From Octopus sinensis (Eukaryota): 29,878 nucleotides of DNA. The stretch is from assembly GCF_006345805.1 (NCBI RefSeq), contig NW_021827598.1, forward strand, positions 1-29,878, read 5' to 3'. The notes under the pieces are model-generated. The model saw nothing but the letters and a program-made list of their open reading frames with translations, was not told the DNA's origin and made no database searches. The position numbers and the translations under genes were made by a program. Below are positions 12,990 to 22,255 of the stretch, piece by piece (the first letter of the stretch is position 1; the number at the start of each line of letters is the position of its first letter).

Positions 12990-13497
12990 CTAGCATAATC
13001 CAATGTTAATTCGAAGCAGTGTGGAATAAATTAGCGTTATATATGTCAGAGTAACCTGAAGGCTAAAGCTCTGACTTTCACCCACACAATTTTCTACACT
13101 TGCTTTCGCTTTAGGGCTTCGGTCCAGTAGCATTTTCAGCTCTAAATAACTGCTGACCCTACAAAAGGCTCAAGTCAAGGCCCCAGAGACGTAATGCATC
13201 CGCATCGTGTGAGAATCTACAGTTACACACACTAAATTTTTGGTTCGCATGCAGAGAATGGTCATTTGGCTAATTGGCATTCTATCACAAACGGACACGC
13301 ACTGGCCTCTCGCTCGTACGTGCACTGTCGCCTCTCGCGCTCACACACGCACTTACTGTCCCTCTCTCTTTCTTTCTTTTTCTCTCTTTCTTTCTCCCTC
13401 TCTCATAGTTTTTCTTTCTCTTTCAACCACTATGCTTATCTTCCTCTATCTATATATATATATCTATCTATCTATCTATCTATCTATCTGTCTATCA

Positions 13498-13762
13498 GTC
13501 TCTTTTGCCGAATCGTTAAGTTACGGAGACGTAAACACACCAGCATCGGTTGTTAAGCGATGTTGGGGGGACAAACACAAATAAACAAACACACACACAC
13601 ACATATATATATATACATATACACGACGGGTTTCTTTCAGTTTCCGTCTACCAAATCCACTCACAAGGCTTTGGTTGGCCCCAGGCTATAGTAGAAGACA
13701 CTTGCCCAACGTGCCACGCAGTGGGACTGTACCCGAATCCATGTGGTTGGTAGTAAGCTACT
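13498..13762 (-). mobile_element. SINE family B with internal (CA)/(TA) tract
   Basis: Aligns with 23882-24290 (TTTCAGTTTCCGTCTACCAAATCCACTCA...AGAAGACACTTGCCCAA...GCAGTGGGACTG). Confidence 0.9.
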
Positions 13763-13809
13763 TTATTTCATAAAAATTTGCCATAAAGGCATTTAACGAG
13801 CAAATCTAC

Positions 13810-13965
13810 CCCCAGGACTTATTCTCTGTAAGCCTAGTACCTAATATATTTCATGAAAACCATGTTAGATAAATAAGTGAAGATGACTTCAAGTTGATTT
13901 GAACTCGGGACTGAAAGAGTTGAAACAAATGCAACAGAGAATCGCATCCGGCGCTCTACCGATCT
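13810..13965 (-). mobile_element. Decayed SINE fragments (family B tail plus family A head)
   Basis: CCCAGGACTTATTCTCTGTAAGCCTAGTAC matches the family B segment at 23947-23977. GATTTGAACTC...CATCCGGCGCTCTACCGA matches a family A head on the minus strand. Confidence 0.55.
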
Positions 13966-14164
13966 TAGAAATGCATCAAAGAACATTTGAGGAGAAAGGA
14001 CAGGCGAACTTTTGAGTTTCGGTGAACGTTCTGTAGAATATATTAGATTCGTTTGGTTGTTGTCGGTAATTTATGGAAATTATATTAGCATCATTATGAA
14101 GAGGAGGATGTGGGTAGGAGGAGAAGGAAGGAGAAGACAAGAAAAAGGGTGGAAGATGCAAGAG

Positions 14165-14241
14165 AAAATGGAGTGGGTGGTGGTAGTGGTGGTGGTGGTG
14201 GTGGTGGTGGTGGTGGTGGTGGTGGATTGGTGGTGGTGGTG

Positions 14242-14295
<54 letters not shown>

Positions 14296-14485
14296 TTTGG
14301 AGGAGGAGGGGAGGGACAGAAGAAGAAGAAGAAGAAGAAAAAGAAGAAGAAGACGAAGGAGAAAAAGAAATGGAGAAGAAGAAGGAGAAGAAGAAGAAGA
14401 AGAAGAAGAAGGAGAAGAAGAAGAAGAAGAAGAAGAACAACAACAACAACACCAGTAAGAACAACAACAACAGCAACAACAACAA
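14165..14485. repeat. Compound trinucleotide array (GGT)n-(TAG)n-(GAA/GGA)n-(CAA)n
   Basis: Direct reading; explains the homopolymeric ORFs between 13976 and 14652. Confidence 0.95.
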
Positions 14486-14554
14486 GAGAACGATACCAGT
14501 TTTGAGTTTGGCAACCGTTTCTTCTCCGTACTCTGTGATTCTGTTTTACTGTAG

Positions 14555-14662
14555 TTCTCGGTAGGAGAAGGTTTTTCAAAGAAGATAATTAAAATATTTT
14601 TAATGACGAGAAATTCAATGGAAAAAGACAGGAAATTGTCCTTAAGACGCATAGTCTGGAAG
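14555..14662 (+). CDS. Candidate 108-nt internal exon (FSVGEGFSKKIIKIFLMTRNSMEKDRKLSLRRIVWK), unknown protein
   Basis: Acceptor TTCTGTTTTACTGTAG, donor AAG|GTCAGT, open frame 0, non-repetitive sequence. No homology recognised. Confidence 0.2.
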
Positions 14663-14932
14663 GTCAGTTCAAGTTAGTAAAACTTATTCCGAAGTTTTCG
14701 TTAATTACAACGGACAGGTAATCGCATCCAATTAAAAGAGTTCTTTAGGACTCCGGCTGCAGGCGAGAGCTAATTGCAATAACGTAAACTGAACCAAGAC
14801 GGGGTAGAAATACAATATCAACTTGAAGTATGATTAAATAAGGTTAAACGTACCAACGAGGATTGGCTGGACACAAGACGACAGGCAGAAATTGTTACTA
14901 TTATTAGTAATAGTAGTAGTAGTAGTAGTAGG

Positions 14933-15938
14933 AAGGCTGCGAGGTGGTATCATCCTTAACGAGGCGGACGAAATGCTTCGAGGCATTTCTTCTCACTCTA
15001 CGTTCTGAGTTCAAATTCCACCGAGGCGCACTTGAACTTTTTATCCTTTCGAGGGCGATCAAATAGTACTGGTTAATCGATTTCTACCCACCCACCCCAA
15101 ATTTCAGGTCTTGTGCCAAAAATTGAAATCATTACTATCGTCTGCCGTAATGTTCTGAGTTCAAATTCCACCGAGGTGCACTTGAATTTTTTTATCCTTT
15201 CGAGGGCGATCAAATAGTACGGATTAATCGATTTCAACCCACCCCCCAAATTTCAGGCCTTGTGCCAAAAATTAAAATCATTACTATCATTGTTTCGTCT
15301 GCCGCTACGTTCTGAGTTCAAATTCCACCGAGGCGCACTTGAATTTTTTTATCCTTTCGAGGGCGATCAAATAGTACTGGTTAATCGATTTCTACCCACC
15401 CACCCCAAATTTCAGGCCTTGTGCCAAAAATTGAAATCATTACTATCATTGTTTTGTGTGCAGCTACGTTCAGAGTTCAAATTCCACAAAGGCGCAATTG
15501 AATTTTTTTTATCCTTTCGAGGGGTGATCATATAGGTACTAGTTGTAATCGACTTCTCCCCACCCACCCAAAAATTTCAGGCCTTGTGCCAAAAATTGAA
15601 ATCATCGTTTTCTTTGTTTCGTCCGCCGCTACGTTCAGAGTTTAAAATCCGCCGAGGTCGTTTTAGCCTTTCCTCCTTTCAGGGGTCGATAAATTAAGTA
15701 CCAGTGAAACACTGCGATTTATGTAATCGACACATCCCCTAGCCCAAAATTGCTGCCCTTGTGGCAAAATCTGAAATCATTATTATTATCATTATTACGA
15801 TCACTGTATTCAGAGTTCAAATTCCGGTGAGGTCGACTTAGTCTTTCATCCTTTCGGGGTCGATTAAACGAGTACCAGTTACGCACTGGGGTCGATATGA
15901 TCGACTTCATCCCTTCCACCAAATTCCAGTCCAATGCC
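14933..15938 (+). repeat. Head-to-tail array of six family A SINE-derived units (150-175 bp)
   Basis: The anchor (G/A)TTC(T/A)GAGTT starts at 15002, 15152, 15309, 15468, 15633 and 15808. Only unit 1 has the tRNA-like head. Confidence 0.9.
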
Positions 15939-15958
15939 TACAGTAAGTAGAAAGGATA

Positions 15959-16019
<61 letters not shown>

Positions 16020-16195
16020 TATTCATATATATATTCATATATATATACATACATATGTAAATATGTATATACATACATATATATTGATATACCGGAGTAA
16101 ACACATAAATGTGAAACAAGGTGGAAAAAAGAGTACTCAAATACCAGGGTAGAGTAATATGCTTTATTTAAAAGCAGCAGAAAATTCAACAAAAC

Positions 16196-16233
16196 CTGTT
16201 ACTCTGAGTTTCACGTTCGCGTTCGTCGGATAG
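16196..16233 (-). ncRNA. Minimal type I hammerhead-like ribozyme, variant core (inverted copy)
   Basis: Minus strand: CUAU-CCGACGA-ACG-CGAA-CGU-GAA-ACUC-A-GAGU-A-ACAG. One stem I mismatch relative to the plus copy. Confidence 0.5.
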
Positions 16234-16254
16234 TTTTTGTTAAAAAAGAAAAAA

Positions 16255-16292
16255 CTGTCCGACGAACGGGAACGTGAAACTCAGAGTAACAG
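16255..16292 (+). ncRNA. Minimal type I hammerhead-like ribozyme, CCGACGA core, predicted cleavage after GUA (16288)
   Basis: Stem I CUGU/ACAG; core CCGACGA (U4C); stem II ACG-GGAA-CGU; GAA; palindromic stem III ACUC-A-GAGU; then A17. Confidence 0.6.
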
Positions 16293-16332
16293 GTTTTGTT
16301 GAATTTTCTGCTGCTTAAAACATATTTCTACT

Positions 16333-16398
<66 letters not shown>

Positions 16399-16482
16399 GT
16401 AGGTCCCGGGTTGAGTCGGGGTTAACCACAGTAAATAAGGTACTCAATACATAGCAGAGTAAATTAATTATTTTATAGAAGG

Positions 16483-16533
16483 AGCTTCTACAGAACCAGA
16501 ACTGTTTCATTCAAGTGAAATCATCAGGAAGCT
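16483..16533 (-). ncRNA. Type I hammerhead ribozyme
   Basis: Minus strand: AGCUUC-CUGAUGA-U-UUC-ACUU-GAA-U-GAA-ACAG-UUCUGGUU-CUGU-A-GAAGCU. 6-bp stem I, intact core, 3-bp stem II over a U.U pair, 4-bp stem III, GUA triplet. Confidence 0.78.
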
Positions 16534-16567
16534 TGGTTTCAAAATGCCAAGACTTATTTTGACAGCA

Positions 16568-16618
16568 AGCTTCCTGATGATTTCACTTAAATGAAACAGT
16601 TCTAGTTCTGTAGAAGCT
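16568..16618 (+). ncRNA. Type I hammerhead ribozyme, predicted cleavage after GUA (16612)
   Basis: AGCUUC (16568-73), CUGAUGA (16574-80), UUUCACUUAAAU (weak stem II), GAA, ACAG-UUCUAGUU-CUGU, A, then GAAGCU (16613-18). Confidence 0.75.
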
Positions 16619-16650
16619 CCTTCTATAAAATAAATATATATATATATATA

Positions 16651-16686
<36 letters not shown>

Positions 16687-16856
16687 ACACGTGCGCATAC
16701 CGTTACGCACATATACAAGTACACATAGATTGTGCATTTTGAGTGTGAATGGAAGTGGCCTGCAGGCATACCTGGGTGAATAGTATTGTGGTTGGTCTAT
16801 CTTTCTGTATACACTTTCTGTGTTTGCAACATGTCTACTTACATATTTCTCCTTAG

Positions 16857-16968
16857 TGTCTGTCTGTTCCTGAGTCAGCCATGTGTCGAATGATATCCAC
16901 GTTTATATGTCTACTAAAATACAAGTTGGCAAGTATACCAGTGATTTGTATCACAAAGGAGTTTGAAG
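16857..16968 (+). CDS. Candidate 112-nt exon (CLSVPESAMCRMISTFICLLKYKLASIPVICITKEFE+G), unknown protein
   Basis: Acceptor CATATTTCTCCTTAG, donor AAG|GTGAAC; only frame 0 is open. No homology recognised. Confidence 0.2.
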
Positions 16969-17142
16969 GTGAACGAGTGAGGCAGAGCTGGAGAGAGATG
17001 AAGAGGAGGGGGACAGAGAGAGAGAGGGAGACAGAGAGAGAAAGAGCGGGTGTGTGAAATTGATGCTAAAGTGAAAGTAAAAAAAAACTGATTTTGTGTT
17101 GCTGGTTTCAGACATTTTGTCGTCTGAATAGCTTCATGTGTT

Positions 17143-17187
<45 letters not shown>

Positions 17188-17534
17188 TGTATATGTGTGT
17201 GTGTATTGTGTATGTGGTCTATGAGTGCCTGTCTGTGTGTGTGTTTATATGTGTGTGTGTATGTGTGTGTATATATACACTGTGTATGTGGTGTATGCGT
17301 GTCTGTCTGTGTTTATGTGTGTGTGCGAGTGTTTGTGTGTCCATGTGCGAGCGTGTGTTTATGTGTCCGCGTGTATGTGTGTACGTTTGTATATATGTGT
17401 GGAGGGGTGCTTTGTGTGTGTGTGTGTACGTGTTTGCGAGAGAGAGAGAGAATATGTATGAGTGGAAGAGTCCGTGAGTGTATGAATGCGTGTACGCCTT
17501 TGTGGCTAAGAAGCTCGTTTCTCTGTTATTTCTG

Positions 17535-17569
17535 CTACAACTACCACTCCAACCACTTCCACTACTACA

Positions 17570-17604
<35 letters not shown>

Positions 17605-17633
17605 CACTACTACTACTACCACTACTACTACTA
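17535..17633. repeat. (CTA)n/(CCA)n trinucleotide tract
   Basis: Direct reading. Confidence 0.95.
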
Positions 17634-17819
17634 TGAGAAATTACAAGATAAATCGGTGTTTCGTTCTCAAGTTCAGAAATTGCCTTCAACTAAAGTTCTG
17701 TGGTAAACAAACAATTTGTAAACTTGCTGCCGTGTAACCCCGTAGATTATGGGACACTTAACTGCATTTTGAAATAGAAAGAACCATTTACCTCCTATTT
17801 GTTGCTTCTGTTATTAGAA

Positions 17820-17883
17820 TGCGGCCACGCTGGAGCACCGTCTGGAAGGAGATTTTTAGTGGAACAAGTTGAATCCAGTACTT
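17820..17883 (-). mobile_element. SINE family B 3' fragment
   Basis: TGCGGCCACGCTGGAGCACCG matches TGCGGCCATGCTGGAGCACCG at 23906-23926. Confidence 0.7.
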
Positions 17884-18586
17884 GCGTTGTTTTTTTTTTG
17901 TTTGTTTGTTGTGTTTTTTAAGTGTAACTGTGATACTTATTACATCGGTTTCTTTAGCTGCACTGCTAGGTTACGGAAACATAAGGAACCCCATACTAGT
18001 GTTGATTGGCCCCGAACAATAGGCCGCTCGCCTGAACAGAGAGTAAAAAGGATGCAGGAAGAGGTTGGTCGTGTCGGCTTTTCAAGTGCAGGCTTACAAA
18101 CATAGTCACGGAGGGGCCCCCAGTCTATCAAAGTGATATCCAGCATGTTCTTTCGTACACCTTGTTTAGCAGAGTATGTGGGTCGGCAAGTGGACTTTGT
18201 AGGTCCCAAAATCTAGGGGGTCAAGCTGTTACGCGGAGACTGGCTTGTGGCCGGTGTGGGATGACCAAACTCGAGCGGTTTCTTGATGTGAACTTGCGTA
18301 AAGAAGTAATCTTACTCCATCATGAATCGACTTCTCCGATCGATATATACATGTGTGTGTGTCTGCGCGCGCACATGCTATATGCATATATGTGTGTGTG
18401 CATTTATGTATACATACATGTATGTATGTATGCATGGAGTATACATACATATATATATGTATGTTTGTATATATGTGTGGAGGGGTGTTTTGTGTGTGTG
18501 TATGTGTGTGCGAGAGAGCGAGAGAATATGTATGAGCGGAAGAGTCCGTGAGTGTATGGTATATAAATATATGTTTAAATATTTAC

Positions 18587-18617
<31 letters not shown>

Positions 18618-19179
18618 TGTCTATATATAGGTACGTACGTATTTTTTGCGTATTTTGTTGTATGCGTGTGTATGTGTGCGTTATGTATTTGTTGCGTGTG
18701 TGTTGTAGGTGCGTGCTCTGTGTGTGTCTGTGTGTATGTGTGTGTGTCTGTGTTGTGTGTGTATGTGTATGTGTTTGTGTGTATGTGTGTGTGTCTGTGT
18801 TTGCAAATGCAGTCCATCACGAAGCCGTTAGCGACGTTGACAGCACGTTGCTGAAGATCAAACAAAATCATTCGCTCTGACTTTTGTCACCAAGATACAG
18901 ACATAATTTCGTAAAAAAATTCTATAATTAGACAAGTGCAGTCATAATTTAATTAAGACAGCCATCATCATCATCATCATCATCAATGTATGGAACGCTG
19001 CAGCGTGATCTATGTCCGTCTCTTTGTCTCTCTCTCTCTCCCCCTCTCTCTCTATCTATCTATCTATCTTCCTTCGCTCTATATTTTAACCTCTTCTCTA
19101 TGACTGCGAACTAACAGATCGATTTCCATGCCGAATAAAGTGCGTAAGTGCATTTATTCCGGTTCTTTACTTCCGGTGT

Positions 19180-19480
19180 TCAATTTCCACCGAGGTCGAC
19201 ATTGCCACTCATCTTTTTGGGGTCAGTAACCTAAGTACCACAGTAATATATGTACCACGGTAATATAAATACCAAATTAATATGAGTACCAGAGGTTAGG
19301 ATGCAGGGCGAAGTGCTTAGTCTGTTTTTTCGTTCTGAGTTCAAATTCCGCCGAGGTCGATTTTGTCTTTCATCCTTTCGGGGCCGATAAAGTAAGTACC
19401 CGTTGCGCACTGAGGTCGATCTAATCGACTGGCCCCCTCCGCCAAACTTTCGGGCCTTGTGCTTAAAGTAGAAAATAATA
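19180..19480 (+). mobile_element. Two family A SINE pieces (19180-19240, 19299-19480) separated by a 17-bp tandem repeat
   Basis: CCACCGAGGTCGACATTGCC...AAGTACCA, then GTTCTGAGTTCAAATTCCGCCGAGGTCG...GGCCTTGTGCTTAAAGTAGAAA. Confidence 0.8.
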
Positions 19481-19984
19481 TGAATACCAGAGTAATATAA
19501 GTACCCCCTGGGGCCGATATAATCCATAAACACGTTCACCCAAAACTGCTGGTCTTGTGTCAGAATGAGAAAGAATTATGAAGGCGGCAAGCTGACAGAA
19601 TTTTTGGCTTTAGCTTATAAGTTTATTTATTGGTATTTTTCTATGTACCTATGTATGCGTGTGTGTGCGCGTGCGTACTACGTACATGTGTGTTTGTGTG
19701 CGTGCGTGGATACATACGTGTTTGTATGCTTGTGCGAGTCCGTGTGTGTGTGTGTGTACGAGAGTACGTATTATGTGTGTGTGTGTGCGAGCGTACATAC
19801 GTTTGTGAGTGTGTGCGTGCATGTGGACGTACGTATGTGTGTATGTTTATGTGCGTGTGTGTGAGCGTGGATGCGTACGTACGTATGTGCATGTATGTAT
19901 GTGTGTGTGTGCCTGCGTACGTACGTGTGTGGGCGTATGTGTCTGTGTGTGTGGTGTGTGTGTGTGTGTGTGAACGAAGTCAAC

Positions 19985-20310
19985 CACCGAGGTCGAATTT
20001 GCCGTCCACCCTTTCAGGGTCACTTACATAATTACCATTGAAGTATTGAGCACTTCACTATAATATCTAAGCCCCCACCATCAACATTGCCGGCCTGGTG
20101 CCAAAACTAAAAGGAATCGTAAAGATGGCAATCGAGCAGAATGGTGAACACACTGGACGAAACTGCTTTGCGACCTTTCTTCAGCCGAGGTCCACTTTGC
20201 GATTCATATTTTCGGTGTCGATAAAACAAGCACCAGCGGAGCACTCAGGTTGATCTCATCGACCTACCCCTTTCCCCCGAATTTGCTAGCACTGTGCCAA
20301 AACTTAAAAG
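19985..20310 (+). mobile_element. Two old, decayed family A SINE copies (19985-20110, 20122-20310)
   Basis: CCGAGGTC(G/C)A(A/C)TTTGC cores and GTGCCAAAACT tails. Confidence 0.65.
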
Positions 20311-20417
20311 CAATGTTATGAGTACGAGACGAAAACATTTGATGGCGATGTCCCAGTACATATGTATAATGCAAGAACTAACACTCGTAGAATAATAATA
20401 AACACAAACTACAACTT

Positions 20418-20471
<54 letters not shown>

Positions 20472-20691
20472 TTCTCACTGACTTCATCAATATTAAAGTC
20501 AATAATACAAAACTGTAGAAAAATAAATTAGCATAAGCAATTCGTTTGCGAAAAGCCTGGCATGAATACAATTGAAATTAATCTAATGACGATGTTACAA
20601 ACCGTTTACTCAGCTTGCTAGAAATATGAACGAAGCCTGGTTCGAATCACACACGTTATCGTCTTTTTAAAAACTGACGCTAGTACGTACA

Positions 20692-20921
20692 GGGCGAGCT
20701 GGCAGAAACGTTAGCACGCCGGGCGAAATGCTTAGCAGTATTTCGTCTGCGTTACGTTGTGAGTTCAAATTCCGCCGAGGTCGACTTTGCCTTTCATCCT
20801 TTCGGGGTCGATAAATTAAGTACCAGTTACGCACTGGGGTCGATGTAATCGACTTAATACCTATGTCTGTCCTTGTTTGTCCCCTCTGTGTTAAGCCCCT
20901 TGTGGGTAATAAAGAAATAGG
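20692..20921 (+). mobile_element. Young full-length family A SINE
   Basis: GGGCGAGCTGGCAGAAACGTTAGCACGCCGGGCGAAATGC...GAGTTCAAATTCCGCCGAGGTCGAC...TTGTGGGTAATAAAGAAATAGG; highly similar to 12423-12654. Confidence 0.93.
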
Positions 20922-21054
20922 TTTTGTAGTCGCCAAGTAATGCAGTTATTTCCTTGTAATGAATGGACATCTCTATCTAAGGAGCACGCTTTTATGCGGC
21001 CTCACGATTTTTCTTGATTGCTGCTTCTTTATATAGGATTCAAATTCCGGAATA

Positions 21055-21211
21055 AGGCGATGAATTTTAGGGGGAGAGTGTAAGCTGATTAAATCGACCT
21101 CAGTGTTCAGCTGGTACTTATTTTATTGACTCTGAAAGGATAAAACTCAGAAGGAATTGCCGCAAATCATTTTACCGGGCGCGCTAAAGTTTCTGCGATC
21201 ACGCCGCCTTA
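21055..21211 (-). mobile_element. Decayed family A SINE with internal deletion
   Basis: AATCGACCTCAGTG...CTGGTACTTATTTTATTGAC...GAAAGGAT...CGCCGCCTT. Confidence 0.7.
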
Positions 21212-21435
21212 TTCGGATGAAATAGCTAAAGACATTTTATCCACCGCTCTAACTACTCTGCAAATTTGCTTCTTTCTAGTACGAACAACAACAGCGATGA
21301 TGAAGGATACAATGAGAACTGTCAATAACTGAAGATTAAATATTCTCCCCTTAAAACTCGAACCCTTAACACTGCGAAGAAAACTGGGCGGTTTCGTAGT
21401 AGCCAGGGCCCAACAATCTATATTATTATAAACAA

Positions 21436-22045
21436 AACAAGAGCACTCAGAGAGTGCAAACCCCCACCAAGGCGACACCACCGTTCTCTCAACTGAGATC
21501 AAATATATTCCAACCGTGACCATCCTGTATTTTGTAAATCTTTAATTTTACCGATGTGCCGTTTTTCCAAAGAAGATATTGCACGATTTGTGAGAGATTT
21601 GGCTGCTATATCTTGCAGACAATCGAACTGCCTATAGGCATTTGCTGTTTATGCTGTTGTTGTTGTTGTTGTTGCCTTGCTGCTGCTATATTTATTATCT
21701 CCTCCTTCGTTAAGGCGTAGGTATTGTTTTTAGTCGATTAGCCGGAGATGTTTTTAAAATGAGAATATCTGAAATAATATCGACTGCTCTCACAAATGAG
21801 AATACTAAAAATGAACCAGACCGCTCTCAAAAATAAAGTGAAAAAAGGGAAAAATAGTCCAGAATTTTTTTCCTGTACCGAACCAATCCCAAAATCTAAT
21901 CGGTTTGTGCCATTTACGAGGCCAAACATCTTTGAAAGTTTCATCCGAATCGATCCAGCGGTTCTTAAGATATCTTGTCCACGGAAAAACAAACTAACAA
22001 AAACGACTAAAAACAATACCTACGCCTTAACGAAGGTGAAGATAA
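21436..22045 (+). mobile_element. Non-autonomous Helentron/HINE-like (pearl-like) element interrupted by an inverted insertion
   Basis: 5' end AACAAGAGCACTCAGAGAGTGCAAACCCCCACCAAGG with a subTIR-like CCCCCACCAAGG. The 3' region CCCAAAATCTAATC...AAAGTTTCATCCGAATC...AGATATCTTG-(ACAA-like microsatellite)-AAAACAATA ends in the hairpin CCTACGCCTT-AACG-AAGGTGAAG. These are typical HINE features; family call from recognition. Confidence 0.6.
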
Positions 22046-22255
22046 TAAATATAGCAGCAGCAAGGCAACAACAACAACAACAATATCATAAACAGCAAAT
22101 GTCTATACGCAGTTCGATTGTCTGCAAGATATAGCAGCCAAATCTCTCACAAATCGTGCAATATCTTTTTTTGGAAAAACGGCACATCGGTAAAATTGAA
22201 GATTTGACATACAGAATGCTGAATGGTCACGGTTGGAATATATTTGATCTCAGTT
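21491..22255. repeat. Long inverted repeat: arms 21491-21736 (246 bp) and 22004-22255 (252 bp), 267-bp spacer
   Basis: Manual alignment shows about 8 substitutions plus one gapped patch, so over 90% identity. Confidence 0.95.

Larger units (their letters stand above)
16096..16330. mobile_element. Penelope-like retroelement terminus pair (inverted pLTR-like palindrome, 67-bp arms) between (TA)n tracts
   Basis: 16172-16238 is the reverse complement of 16250-16316 with 2 mismatches, and each arm holds a hammerhead-like motif. PLE assignment rests on the established PLE-hammerhead association and the inverted-terminus architecture. Confidence 0.65.
16400..16633. mobile_element. Second Penelope-like terminus pair (palindrome, 67-78-bp arms) between (TA)n tracts
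   Basis: 16468-16534 is the reverse complement of 16567-16633 with 2 mismatches. The pairing extends inward to 16545/16556 with 2 more mismatches. Each arm holds a canonical hammerhead. Confidence 0.7.
17385..18558. repeat. ~100-bp direct repeat pair (17385-17484 and 18463-18558)
   Basis: Both read GTTTGTATATATGTGTGGAGGGGTG...GAGAGAATATGTATGAG(T/C)GGAAGAGTCCGTGAGTGTATG. Confidence 0.85.

Noticed and set aside
13976-14652. Poly-V/G/K/R/Y/T/P ORFs as low-complexity proteins
   Set aside because: They come from a compound trinucleotide microsatellite that is open in several frames on both strands.
21796-22134. 112-aa ORF (and the antisense 92-aa ORF)
   Set aside because: Both lie within the non-coding HINE-like element and the inverted-repeat arm, with no recognisable domain.
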